Of a stretch of DNA of 64,000 bases, positions 40,293 through 49,886 are shown in pieces (the stretch's first letter is position 1; each line of letters starts with the position of its first letter). A model generated the notes under the pieces. It had not been told where the DNA came from and did not search any database. It worked only from the letters and a program-made list of their open reading frames with translations. A program made the position numbers and the translations under genes. Source of the stretch: Myxococcaceae bacterium (GTDB taxonomy: Bacteria; Myxococcota; Myxococcia; Myxococcales; UBA5297); NCBI GenBank assembly GCA_017500825.1, contig JAFVYB010000114.1, positions 5,420 through 69,419 of the forward strand. Reading direction: 5' to 3'.

Positions 40293-42452
40293 ATGTCCAA
40301 CGAGTCCCTGTTCGACCATCAAGCGCAACCTTTCTGGGACGAGGCGGGGACCTATTTCCCGCCCGGTTTTGATCCGCAGACGGGTCAGTGGATCGACCCG
40401 GCCTATGAGGAGGCCTATGCCCAGGGCTTTGTCTGGGACGCGGCGTTGCAGGACTGGGCGCCGCTCGATTTGGCCAGCGTCGAGGCGCGCCAGGACAGCG
40501 CCGATGGCGAGCCTGTGGAAATCGCCGAGGCAGAGGAAGTCGAAATCGATGAAGTCGACGAGGTTGAGGAAATCGACGACATCGAGGTCGAGGAGGCAGA
40601 GGAGGCCGAAACGCTCGATCAGGGCGATGTGGGCGCGCGGGCACAGGCGGCGGAGAACCCCGAGGGAGAGCGGGCAATTGGCGCGGCTGTTTTTCAACTG
40701 CTCGCCAGGCGCGCGGCCGGACAGAGCGATTCAGAGGCGGGGGTTCAGCAACGGGAGGCGCTGGCGCTGGAGACGGCGGCGGTGGCCAGGTGTTTGCTCG
40801 ACGCCATCGCGCGCGACGCCGATGAGACGACTGCCATCGACAGTGAAGGCGATCGCGAGGCGCTGGAACTCGTCTTCGCCATCCTGCGTCAGATCGCCCC
40901 CAGGGAAGAGGACGAGAGCGTCGAGTTGCGACCGGAGAGCCAGCCCACGCAGGTGCCGCTGATCGGGAGCGCCGATATCGCCGCCGCGCCGCGCTTCTCT
41001 GTCCTGCCCAACGAGATCGAACGCGGAACGAGGCCGCTCGCCAACGACGTGTGGGAGCTCGTCGAGGCCCGCGACTTCTCGCGCCAGGGAACGGACGAGG
41101 TGCGGCTCGCCACGCTGATCGAGCTGCCGCCCCTGCCCTTTGACGATGTCCAGAGCGAACAGACGGACGTGCCGCTCCTCCTCAAAAACGGACTGCCGCT
41201 GCCGCTCGGCTTTGACGCCGAGATCGATCCTGCGCCCCATCCCGTGGCCGGTCCTAATCCGCCGCCAGCGCCCACCCCAGCCCAGCGAAGTGACCTCATC
41301 CGCCTGATCGACCGCGCGCTCGACCTTTTGGAAAGCGCCGCGCCGGCCCAGCTGGAGCAGTCGATTTGCGTGCCGCTTGAAACAGCGCGCGACGAGGCGA
41401 ATGCCCAGGATCTGGCGCTCGACACCTCCTCCCTCTGGCTCAGCGCCGCGCAGCTGGCGGTGGACTTTGCCCCGGGGAGCGCCTCCTCGACTCAGGATCC
41501 GCCACCGGCTGGCGCCATCGCCCACGCCCTCTCTGCCTTGACCGACGGTGGCGGGCGACCTCCCGCAGCGCGCGCGAACCTCTCTTCGCGAGTCGACACG
41601 CTTGAGATGCCCATGGTGCGGCTGAGGCGCCCCGATCGCCTGCCGACCGCCGACGCGCCCGAACTGTCAACGCCAAGCGCCGGTGGGGAACGCGCCAGCC
41701 TCAACCTGAACGCCCTGACCATCCGCATGAGGCGCCCCTCGGAAGCGGACAACGGGCGCATCGAAGTCGACAGCGGTGACGATTTGCCCTCCGACGACAT
41801 CGAACTGGCGCTCACGGCTCTGGCCTCGTTCATCCAGCGCCAGAACACGGCGAGCAGCGGTCGGCCCGCGACGCCACTTCCGCCATCAGCGCCTCCGGTC
41901 GCCTCCGCGCGCAAAGCTGTGCCGCCGCCTTTGCCCGCCAGACCCGCCATTCCCGGAAAAAAGCCGCCGCCGCCCCTGCCCCGCGCGCCGCTCTCGCAGC
42001 AGATCACGCCGCTTTTGGGCGTCGCCCCGCAGCCAGCCGAGCCCAAGCCGCAGCCGCCGGCCAACGTCCCCGTGGCCATCGCCCTCAACGGCACCTTTCG
42101 CGTGGTCTGCCGGACGCTCGACGGCGCCGTCTACCGGGGCATCCTGCAGCACCCCAACCTCACCGCGCCGACGCTCACCCTCGCGCTCCAGCCCGGTCCC
42201 TCCATCCTGACGCTGGAAACGCGCTCGCTGCAGGCCATCTTCTTTTTGCGGCGCTCAGGACAGGGCGAGATCGTTCCCGAGGGTCGCAAGGCGCGTCTGC
42301 TGTTCAAGAGCGGTCGCCAGCGCAGTGGACTCATCCCCGCCTTTGATCCGCACGGCTCAGGGTTCTTTTTCTACCCGAGCCAGACGCAGGGCTCCCCCAC
42401 CGAGTTCTGGTTCGTCTACGGCGCCAGCCTCGCCGCGATCGATTTCGAGTGA
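40293..42452 (+). CDS. Proline-rich/acidic low-complexity protein with a structured C-terminal beta-rich domain, hypothetical
   Basis: ORF 40236..42452. N-terminal W/Y-rich segment (FDPQTGQWIDPAYEEAYAQGFVWDAALQDWAPLD), an acidic run (EEVEIDEVDEVEEIDDIEVEEAEEAE), long P/A-rich regions, and a C-terminal roughly 120 aa (FRVVCRTLDGAVYRGIL...LQAIFFLRR...FWFVYGASLAAIDFE). Confidence 0.6.
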   Translation: MSNESLFDHQAQPFWDEAGTYFPPGFDPQTGQWIDPAYEEAYAQGFVWDAALQDWAPLDLASVEARQDSADGEPVEIAEAEEVEIDEVDEVEEIDDIEVEEAEEAETLDQGDVGARAQAAENPEGERAIGAAVFQLLARRAAGQSDSEAGVQQREALALETAAVARCLLDAIARDADETTAIDSEGDREALELVFAILRQIAPREEDESVELRPESQPTQVPLIGSADIAAAPRFSVLPNEIERGTRPLANDVWELVEARDFSRQGTDEVRLATLIELPPLPFDDVQSEQTDVPLLLKNGLPLPLGFDAEIDPAPHPVAGPNPPPAPTPAQRSDLIRLIDRALDLLESAAPAQLEQSICVPLETARDEANAQDLALDTSSLWLSAAQLAVDFAPGSASSTQDPPPAGAIAHALSALTDGGGRPPAARANLSSRVDTLEMPMVRLRRPDRLPTADAPELSTPSAGGERASLNLNALTIRMRRPSEADNGRIEVDSGDDLPSDDIELALTALASFIQRQNTASSGRPATPLPPSAPPVASARKAVPPPLPARPAIPGKKPPPPLPRAPLSQQITPLLGVAPQPAEPKPQPPANVPVAIALNGTFRVVCRTLDGAVYRGILQHPNLTAPTLTLALQPGPSILTLETRSLQAIFFLRRSGQGEIVPEGRKARLLFKSGRQRSGLIPAFDPHGSGFFFYPSQTQGSPTEFWFVYGASLAAIDFE

Positions 42453-42542
42453 GTTTGCGCCCGAGCGCTGCCGCGAACGCGCGCGACGGGGACAGCCCGA
42501 AGCCATCCCCACCGCGACTTTTGGCGCTTGGCGCGCCCGCCG

Positions 42543-42695
42543 TCAGATCATCCGGCTGAGGAAGATCGCGCCGACGATGACGATCAGCGCGACGACCCCG
42601 AAGAGGACGAGCCGTCCCGCGTGAAACTGATCTTCGTCGCGCGACGCCTCTGCCGCGTTCTGTGGCGCGGCCTGCTTCCTGTCCTGTTCAGACAT
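42543..42695 (-). CDS. Small tail-anchored membrane protein (50 aa), hypothetical; below the ORF-track length cutoff
   Basis: My translation: MSEQDRKQAAPQNAAEASRDEDQFHAGRLVLFGVVALIVIVGAIFLSRMI*. High GC3, and an AAGGGA Shine-Dalgarno-like sequence about 10 nt upstream. Confidence 0.45.
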   Translation of the reverse strand: MSEQDRKQAAPQNAAEASRDEDQFHAGRLVLFGVVALIVIVGAIFLSRMI

Positions 42696-42821
42696 GGTCG
42701 TTCATCCCTTCTGACGGACGCGACGCAGTCCCCGGGAGACAGGCCTGTCCGTCCGAAAATCCGTCATGGGCTCCCAGCGCTGTCGGTGTCGCCAGACAGC
42801 CGCGTGGCAGTGGCGAGGACC

Positions 42822-43223
42822 TCAGAAAGCCCGCGTCCATGGCGGCGCGCGCGGGGGATGCGCCAAGAGGCTCTGCTCCGCGTCGGCGATGGCGATTCTC
42901 TGACGCGGCGCGAACGCCTCGGACAGGCAGCGCGGACAGGTCAGCGACGCCGGCAGGTTGGCCAGCGACAGGGCGATTTCGCGCGGGCCGATCTTTTGCA
43001 GCCAGGCGCCCAAACGCAGGCGCTCCTCAAAGCGCGTCGGCTCTCGCGGCAGTCCCTGCGCCACCATGAGCGCGCCAGAGTCCCTGTCGACAGTGTCCCC
43101 AAGCTCCCTCAGCCGATCGCCATCCGCGCGCGCGACAACAGCCGCGGCTTCGACACAGAAGAGCGCGAGCAGGGCCAACAGGGCGAACGCGAAAGGCGCG
43201 ACGGGCGGGAGGGAACGACGCAT
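42822..43223 (-). CDS. Small secreted protein, hypothetical (133 aa)
   Basis: Inner start of ORF 42822..43478: MRRSLPPVAPFAFALLALLALFCVEAAAVVARA (signal peptide). GC3 is strongly biased. Contains a CPRC motif. Confidence 0.5.
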   Translation of the reverse strand: MRRSLPPVAPFAFALLALLALFCVEAAAVVARADGDRLRELGDTVDRDSGALMVAQGLPREPTRFEERLRLGAWLQKIGPREIALSLANLPASLTCPRCLSEAFAPRQRIAIADAEQSLLAHPPRAPPWTRAF

Positions 43224-43597
43224 GGGGCGGCGCCTTTTGGGCGAGCGCGGCGCGTTTGAGAAGTCTTTGGACGCGCGCCAGGACAACCCGGCACAGCCTT
43301 CCGCGCGCCATCGAGGCAGCTCTCTGACGAGAGGACTGGCCGCCCGCAAAGCCGACGCGCGCTCGTGCCGCGAACCCCGCCGGACCGAGAGGCAATCGAG
43401 ACAGCAGCGGACCACAGGCGCGCCAACGACTGGGGGAACGGCCTGGGCGCCCCACGTCAGGGACGCTTGCCCGTGCATGGGGAATGCGCTTTGGGCCGCC
43501 GCCTCTTTCTCTGGCCACCACCGCCGACGCGCCTTTCAGGCCTGTTCACCGACCCGCCGCGGCGAAAGCGCGCATGGCCCCAAGACGAGGCGAGTTC

Positions 43598-44371
43598 ATG
43601 GAACCGCGACGCATGACGTTCGACACAGGCAACATCTTCCGCAGGCCGCCGCCCGGCACACTCGGAATCATGCTGGCCACCGCCACCCTCAGCGCCGTCG
43701 CCCTGGCCTCGGCCGGCCGCTTTGGCTCGCAGTCGCTGGCGCTCGCGCTCCTCTTCTCGCCGAGCGCCGTGCTCGACGCCCACCGCCTCTGGACGCCGCT
43801 GACAAGCCTCTTCGTCTCGCTGCAGCCCCTCCAGCTCGTCTTCTACGTCTTCTTCGGCCTGTGGATGTTTGGCGCGCAGCTGGAGCGGCAGTGGGGCACG
43901 CGGCGATTTCTCTATTTTTTCTTTGTGACCGGCGTCTCGGCAGGCGTGCTGACAGCGCTCCTTGGCACCTTCTCTTCCTCGCTGCGCGGCGCGCCACCGA
44001 CGCTCTTCGACGGCACCTACGCCGCGTTCGAAACCATCGTGCTCGGCTGGGTGCTGATGAACTGGCAGGCAAGCGTGCTCTTCTTCTTCGTGCCGCTGCG
44101 CGCGCCCTTCCTGCTCCTCTTCGCCCTCCTCTTCCCGCTGCTCGGCATCCTCCAGGGCAACTGGGAGCCGTTCGTGCCGGTGCTGGCGTCGATGGCCATC
44201 GGCTACCTGATGCTGGCGCGACGAAATCCCCTGAAGACGCTCTGGCTCCGCCTCAAACTCGCCTGGACAAGGGCCGAGCTGAAGCGCGCGCGGCGACACC
44301 TGCGCGTGGTTCCCGACGACAGCGAACACGCGGACAAACCCAACGACGGGCCGCCCACCTGGCTCAACTGA
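43598..44371 (+). CDS. Rhomboid-fold membrane protein apparently lacking the catalytic residues
   Basis: HRLWTPLTSLFVS...LVFYVFFGLWMFGAQLERQWGTRRFLYFFFVTGVSAGVL follows the rhomboid TM2-TM3 pattern (WRxxT...G..lE...G..rFl). The HxxxN, GxSG and TM6 His positions read Q..Y, GTYAA and SMAIG. Basic C-terminal tail. Confidence 0.6.
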   Translation: MEPRRMTFDTGNIFRRPPPGTLGIMLATATLSAVALASAGRFGSQSLALALLFSPSAVLDAHRLWTPLTSLFVSLQPLQLVFYVFFGLWMFGAQLERQWGTRRFLYFFFVTGVSAGVLTALLGTFSSSLRGAPPTLFDGTYAAFETIVLGWVLMNWQASVLFFFVPLRAPFLLLFALLFPLLGILQGNWEPFVPVLASMAIGYLMLARRNPLKTLWLRLKLAWTRAELKRARRHLRVVPDDSEHADKPNDGPPTWLN

Positions 44372-44464
44372 TCGGCGCGTGGTCCGCGCGAGTGGAATGG
44401 GCGGCGACCTGCGCCACAGGAAGGGCGCGCCTTGGACAGGCCCATTCGATTGCCGCCGCACGCC

Positions 44465-45340
44465 TCAAACGCGCGACGCCTCGCTCACTTCAGGCACGCT
44501 CGTGAGCAGTCGAATCGCCACGCTGGCCACAGCCATGCCCATCGCCGCCGTGACAAAGACAGCGCTCGCCTGACAGCGCGGCCCGCGAATGCCAGGCACG
44601 TCGCTTGGCACCTCGGGGATGCCCGCGCGCTGATCAGCGTCGAAGCTGAGCGCCTTGCGGCCCGGTTCTCGCGACCAGACAGCGTGGATGCCGGTGGGGC
44701 GCTTGCAGTCGATGCCGTGGCGGCGGCGCAAAAACTTCCGCACGTCGCGGGCGAAGTGGTCCTGTCGCGTCTCACACAAATCGCCGCACATGATCTGCGT
44801 CGGATCGAGCCGTCCGCCCGCGCCCATCGAGGAGACGATCGGGATGTAGGCGGCATGGCAGCGCGCGATGAGGTGCAGTTTGGCCGTCACGCTGTCGATG
44901 GCGTCGATCACGAGGTCGACGCCGCCGTCTGTCGGCACGAGGCGTTCAGCCGTCTCTTCGCTGTAACGATCGCAGATCGCCGTGACATCGAGCGCGGGAT
45001 CGAGCGCGAGGAGGCGCGAACGCATGGCCTCGACCTTGGGAATCCCCAGCGTTGTCGTCAGCGCGTGCAGCTGGCGGTTGAGGTTGGTCCGCGAGACGCG
45101 CTCGCCGTCGATGAGCACGAAGTGGCCGACACCTGAACGCGCCAACGCCTCGACCGCGAAGGAGCCGACTCCGCCCACGCCCACGGCGATCACGCGCGAT
45201 TGCCACAGGCGCGCCACTGCCCCTGGACCGACGAGCCGCGCGAACCTGTCCAGACGCAATTCACGCGGCGTTTGACCCGCCTCCAACCCTTCATGGCCCC
45301 GATCTTCAGCGCCGCAGGCGCCGTTGTTGTGCTCGCTCAT
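44465..45340 (-). CDS. tcdA: tRNA threonylcarbamoyladenosine dehydratase (ThiF/MoeB-like E1 fold)
   Basis: VIAVGVGGVGSFAVEALARSGVGHFVLIDGERVSRTNLNRQLHAL; length and C-terminal region fit TcdA/CsdL. Confidence 0.8.
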   Translation of the reverse strand: MSEHNNGACGAEDRGHEGLEAGQTPRELRLDRFARLVGPGAVARLWQSRVIAVGVGGVGSFAVEALARSGVGHFVLIDGERVSRTNLNRQLHALTTTLGIPKVEAMRSRLLALDPALDVTAICDRYSEETAERLVPTDGGVDLVIDAIDSVTAKLHLIARCHAAYIPIVSSMGAGGRLDPTQIMCGDLCETRQDHFARDVRKFLRRRHGIDCKRPTGIHAVWSREPGRKALSFDADQRAGIPEVPSDVPGIRGPRCQASAVFVTAAMGMAVASVAIRLLTSVPEVSEASRV

Positions 45341-45534
45341 GGCGCGCGCCTTTCGAAAATCAGCTCCGCGATGTCCAGCGACAAAGCGCTTGGGGCGGCG
45401 GCGTGAAAATCACTGTCTGAGAGGGCGACAACCATCGGCGGCGGGCAGCCCGCGATCGCCAAACGCGCCAAGCGCCACCTCGAACAGCGTCCCTCGCGAA
45501 AAGCGCCCCAGACGATGGGCAGTCGTCTGGCCCC

Positions 45535-47256
45535 TCAGCGCCTGCTCTCCGGCATCGATCGCCCGCGTCCCAAACGGCGCTTCAGCGCGGCAATGAGTGG
45601 TCGCAAGGTCTCCGCGCGCAGGGCAAGGCTCATCAGGCCATAGACGGCAACGCCCACGCCCACACCGCCCACAGCCAGGACGAGTCGGGCCCAAAAGCCG
45701 CTGTCGTCGATCGCGGCGCGCGTGAACGCGACAAAGCCCAGGCGCAAAAAACCGAGGACACAGGCGCCCATCAGCGCGGCGGCCAGGGCTGCCTTGAAGA
45801 GCTCTCTGGCAACGCCTGGGGTCCCGGGCAGACCGCGCGTCTTCCGCGCGAAGGCGATGGACAGGGTGGCGAAGTTGACCCAGGCGCCGAGCGAGGTGCC
45901 GACGGCCAGCCCCAGATAGCCGAGGCGATCGAAAAAAATGAGGTTGAAGCAGAGGTTGACCGCCACCGCCGACAGCGACCCGAAGAGCGGCAGGCGCGGC
46001 AGGCCCAGCGCGTAGAAGGCAGGCGCCGTCACCTTGACGCCCGAGTAGGCAAAGAGCCCCAGCGCATAGCCGCACAGGGCGAGAGCGGTGTGGCGCGCGT
46101 CGTCCGAGGTAAAGCGGCCGTATTCGTAGATGAGGCGGATGAGCGGTTCGGACATGACCGCGAGGCCCACCATCGACGGCAGCGCGAGAAATCCGATGAG
46201 CTGGATAGCCTGCGACAGGCTCGACTTCATCCCGGCCAGATCGCGTTCAGCGGCGCGGCGGGCAAGCAAGCTCGTCGTCACCGTGGCCACGGCCACGCCA
46301 AAGACGCCTATCGGCAGATACATGATGCGGAAGGCGTAATTGAGCCAGGCGTTGGCCCCCGGCTGCTCGCTGGCGAACTGGGTGTTGATGAAGATGTTGG
46401 CCTCGGTCGCCGCCAGGCCAATTGTCGCCGGCGCCATCAACAGCGCGATGTGTCTGAGGTCCGCGTCTCGCCAGAGCGCGCCGAACGCCGGACGGAAGCG
46501 GTAGCCGAATCGCCGCAGGGCCGGCAGCTGAACGGCAAACTGGGCAAAGCCGCCGAGCAGGGTGCCGATCGACCAGCCGATGACCGCTGTCCTGTCGCCC
46601 GCGCCCGCGATCTTCAGGCCAAGGCCAATCGCGATTGCCGTCAGATTGAACAGGGTCGGCGCCAGTGCCGGCGTGCCAAAGGCGCCCCGGGCGTTGAGCA
46701 TCCCCATCATCACCGCGGCCAGGCTGAGCGCGAGGAGGAAGGGCATCATGACGCGCGCGAGGAGCGCGGTCAGTTCGGCCTTGCCCGGCACGTCAAAAAA
46801 GCCGGAGGCCAAAAGGAAGACGATCTCTTCGGCAAACGTGGCGGCGAGGATCGTGATGGCGCCGACGACGATGCAGAGGGCGCCGACGAGCTTGTTGGCC
46901 AGCTCATGCGCCGCTTCCGGGCCGCGTTCCTTTTCAACGCGGGTGAAGGTGGGGACAAACGCCGCGCTGAGCGCTCCCTCCGCGAAGAGATCGCGCAGGA
47001 GGTTGGGGATGCGAAAGGCCACGACAAAGGCGTCGGCCCACATGCCTGCCCCGAGCAGCGCCGCGAACAGCTGCTCGCGCAAAAGCCCGAGAAAGCGGGA
47101 GGCGGTCACAGCCGCGCTCACCAGTGCCGTCGATCGGATGAGGCCGCCCCGGGGTTCGCCAGAGGCAGAGGCGCCTGGACCATCGCCGCGTTGGGCGCTG
47201 CCGCTGGCCTCAGAGGGCACGCTCGAAGCAGGGCTGCTGGAGGTTGGAGTCGTCAT
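45535..47256 (-). CDS. murJ: Lipid II flippase MurJ
   Basis: ORF 45535..47352. SRFLGLLREQLFAALLGAGMWADAFVVAFRIPNLLRDLFAEGALSAAFVP is the MurJ/MviN signature N-terminus, followed by 14 predicted TM helices. Start set at MTTPTSS (47256) to avoid a 47-nt overlap with the kinase gene. Confidence 0.9.
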   Translation of the reverse strand: MTTPTSSSPASSVPSEASGSAQRGDGPGASASGEPRGGLIRSTALVSAAVTASRFLGLLREQLFAALLGAGMWADAFVVAFRIPNLLRDLFAEGALSAAFVPTFTRVEKERGPEAAHELANKLVGALCIVVGAITILAATFAEEIVFLLASGFFDVPGKAELTALLARVMMPFLLALSLAAVMMGMLNARGAFGTPALAPTLFNLTAIAIGLGLKIAGAGDRTAVIGWSIGTLLGGFAQFAVQLPALRRFGYRFRPAFGALWRDADLRHIALLMAPATIGLAATEANIFINTQFASEQPGANAWLNYAFRIMYLPIGVFGVAVATVTTSLLARRAAERDLAGMKSSLSQAIQLIGFLALPSMVGLAVMSEPLIRLIYEYGRFTSDDARHTALALCGYALGLFAYSGVKVTAPAFYALGLPRLPLFGSLSAVAVNLCFNLIFFDRLGYLGLAVGTSLGAWVNFATLSIAFARKTRGLPGTPGVARELFKAALAAALMGACVLGFLRLGFVAFTRAAIDDSGFWARLVLAVGGVGVGVAVYGLMSLALRAETLRPLIAALKRRLGRGRSMPESRR

Positions 47257-47305
47257 GGCCGGCTGGCGCGTCGACTTCGGGCGCGCGTTTTTCGGTGTTC
47301 GCGCC

Positions 47306-49804
47306 TCAGTGGCCACCCTCGGCCCGCTGCAGGTTGACCAGCTGGGATCCAACCATCACCAGGGTGCGCTGGATGCAGGCGCCATTCTGCGGCCGCATGT
47401 CCGGCGATTTCTCAAGGCAGCTGAGCACGAGCGCCGCCAGTTCGTCTGGCAGGTCGGGCCGATAGAGGCGCGGGTCGGGCGCGGGCGTGTTCGTGTGATG
47501 GAACATCGCCGTCTCCGGCTCAAAGGGTAGCCGTCCGCAGAAGCACTCAAAGAGCACGACGCCGAGCGCGTAGATGTCGGTCCTGCCGTCGATGGGATCG
47601 CCCTTGATCTGCTCCGGCGCCATGTAGACCGGCGTGCCAACCACCGTGTTCTTGCGCTTCGAGCCGTCGTCGCCGGAACGCATCACGTAGGCGATGCCGA
47701 AGTCGGTCAGCTTGGCCGTGCCGTCGTTGGCCACCATGATGTTTTCCGGCTTGAGGTCGCGGTGGACGATGCCGCGGGCGTGGGCGCAGTCGAGCGCCGA
47801 GGCGACCTGCGAACCGATGCGGATCGACTGCATCAAGGTCGGCGCCGCCTTGCCGAATCGCGTGCGCAAGTCATCGCCCTCCACCAGCTCCATCACCAGC
47901 CAGGGGGCGCTCTCCTGCAGTCCGGCGTCGTAGACGGTGACGATGTTGGGGTGGTTGAGCTGGGCGACCGAACGCGCCTCCCGCAGGAAGTATTCGCGGA
48001 TGCGGGCATTGTTGCCGGCATTGGGCTCAAGCAGCTTGATGGCCACCGGGCGTGAGAGCTGCTCGTCGACAGCGCGGTAGACGACGCCCATGGCGCCGCG
48101 GGCGATCTCGTGGACGATTCGGTAGCGAGACGGCAGCCCGCTCGATGACTCTCCAGCGCGCTCGGACACATCCAAAGGCTTGGGCGGCGGCGTGCTGACA
48201 GCGAGGGCAAAGGGCTGCGGCGTGAAGCGACCCTGCACAAGGCGCAGGCGCAAAGCCGCGTCGCGGTGCTTGGGGTCAAAGGAGAGCAGCTCTTGAAGCG
48301 CGGCCGACGCCTCGAAGAATTTCCCGGCTGCCTCGTAGGCTCGAGAAAGGCCGTAGAGGACCTCGCCGCGATCGAAGTCGCTGGCGCCCGATTCGAGGAG
48401 CGCCGAATACTGACCGATCGCCACCTCCGCCTCCTCCGCCTGCAGCGCGAGTTTGGCGAGCAGCAGCCGGCCCGAAGTCTTCAGTCCGGTGGCGCCCTTC
48501 AGAGCGGCAAAGGCCTCCTCGCTCCTGCCAAGCTCGATCAGGACGTTGGCGGCTTCTTCGTGTTGGCCGCGGCTCAAGAGCAATTTGGCCTTCTCCGCGC
48601 GATCGCCGCGCTGCGCCAAAAGCTCGCTGGCCCAGTCACTCTGGCCGTTGGCCTTGAGCAGATCCGCCGCCTCGCGCACCAGATTGCGCCGCACGAGGAG
48701 CTGCGCCGCGCGTTTGAGCTGTCCCGAAGCGACGAGCAAATCGGCGGCCTTGCCCAGATCCCTGTCGTCAAGCCGGGCAAAAACCTGCAGCGCGCCCTCG
48801 ATATCGCCGCCCCTGAGCAGCGCCCGCCCGGCCGCCAGAAACTCGCGCACTTCGACAAGACAACGGGCCGCTTCGGCGTGATGCCCGGCCGATTCCAGAA
48901 GCTGTGCCGCCTTGTGCAGCTGCCCGCCCTTGCGACAGGCGCGCGCCGCACTCACCGCGTCTTTTAGCTTCTCGTAGAGGCCAGCCGCGCGAAGCCACTG
49001 CCCGTCGCGTTCCAACAACTGCGCCGCCTTGGCCACCTGACCGCTCTTGAGCAACAGCGCCACCGCCTCGTCCTGCGCGCCGGCGACGAGAAGCGCCTCG
49101 ACAGCCCGCTCCGCCTTGCCCTGCGCCTCAAACGACTCCGCCGCCAGCTTGGCCAGCGCCCGCCGCACCCGCTCGTCCTTGGTCTTGCGCGCCGCCTCGA
49201 CGCGCACCTCTGCCGCGCGCAGCTGTTCACCCAGCTTGTCGTAAATTTTGGCCGCGTCGATCAGGCGCCCACTGGCGACGAAGTGCCTGGCCGCCTGGTT
49301 TCGCGTGGCGCGCACCTCATCCTGATCGCCGAGCTGCTCGTAAAAGCGGCTGGCCATCTCATAGGCCCCGGCGCGCTGGGCGATCTGCGCCAGGTCGCGG
49401 CGCGTCTTGGGATCGTCGAGCAATTTGCGCCCGGCAAAACTCTTCTCCGCCTGCTCCACCTGGGGCGCGCTGGCCTCCGCCAATGCTTTGAGCGCGTCGG
49501 CTGGCCTGCGGTGTTTCAAATAGAGCTCGACCGACTGGGCCTCCTGACCGGCCTTGATCAACAGCCGCGCCGCCTCCTGCCACCTGCCCGCGTCCAGAAG
49601 ATCTTTGGCCGCGCCGGCGTAATCGCCCCACCCCTCCAGCACTCTGGCGTGAGCCATGAGCGACTTGCGATGGCGCACAAAGCGCACCGCGACGCCCACC
49701 ACGGCGGCGAGCAGGATGAGCGCGAGGCAAAGGATGATGCCGACGACCAAGGGCATGAGGACACAAGCGGTCAGGCAGTGAATCCGGGTGGAGACCTCAA
49801 GCAC
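47306..49804 (-). CDS. Hanks-type Ser/Thr protein kinase with an N-terminal membrane anchor, TPR-like repeats and a C-terminal kinase domain
   Basis: C-terminal kinase motifs: GAMGVVYRAVD...VAIKLL, HRDLKPENIMV, DFGIA and GTPVYMAPEQ. N-terminal TM (MPLVVGIILCLALILLAAVVGVAV), then about 450 aa of Ala/Leu-rich TPR-like repeats. Confidence 0.9.
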   Translation of the reverse strand: MLEVSTRIHCLTACVLMPLVVGIILCLALILLAAVVGVAVRFVRHRKSLMAHARVLEGWGDYAGAAKDLLDAGRWQEAARLLIKAGQEAQSVELYLKHRRPADALKALAEASAPQVEQAEKSFAGRKLLDDPKTRRDLAQIAQRAGAYEMASRFYEQLGDQDEVRATRNQAARHFVASGRLIDAAKIYDKLGEQLRAAEVRVEAARKTKDERVRRALAKLAAESFEAQGKAERAVEALLVAGAQDEAVALLLKSGQVAKAAQLLERDGQWLRAAGLYEKLKDAVSAARACRKGGQLHKAAQLLESAGHHAEAARCLVEVREFLAAGRALLRGGDIEGALQVFARLDDRDLGKAADLLVASGQLKRAAQLLVRRNLVREAADLLKANGQSDWASELLAQRGDRAEKAKLLLSRGQHEEAANVLIELGRSEEAFAALKGATGLKTSGRLLLAKLALQAEEAEVAIGQYSALLESGASDFDRGEVLYGLSRAYEAAGKFFEASAALQELLSFDPKHRDAALRLRLVQGRFTPQPFALAVSTPPPKPLDVSERAGESSSGLPSRYRIVHEIARGAMGVVYRAVDEQLSRPVAIKLLEPNAGNNARIREYFLREARSVAQLNHPNIVTVYDAGLQESAPWLVMELVEGDDLRTRFGKAAPTLMQSIRIGSQVASALDCAHARGIVHRDLKPENIMVANDGTAKLTDFGIAYVMRSGDDGSKRKNTVVGTPVYMAPEQIKGDPIDGRTDIYALGVVLFECFCGRLPFEPETAMFHHTNTPAPDPRLYRPDLPDELAALVLSCLEKSPDMRPQNGACIQRTLVMVGSQLVNLQRAEGGH

Positions 49805-49886
49805 TGCCTTTCGGCCTTCGCGAATTCGCCTTCGAGAGAGGACACTTGAAAGAGACGGGGGGCGTTCGAAGGCCGCGCGTCAAAAA

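Noticed and set aside
42958-44505. 515-aa plus-strand ORF spanning the divergent spacer and the rhomboid-like gene in another frame; also 43457..44461 on the minus strand
   Set aside because: It has an extreme Arg/Ala/Pro composition, crosses an obvious divergent promoter gap and overlaps a frame with clear TM-helix periodicity (43598..44371).
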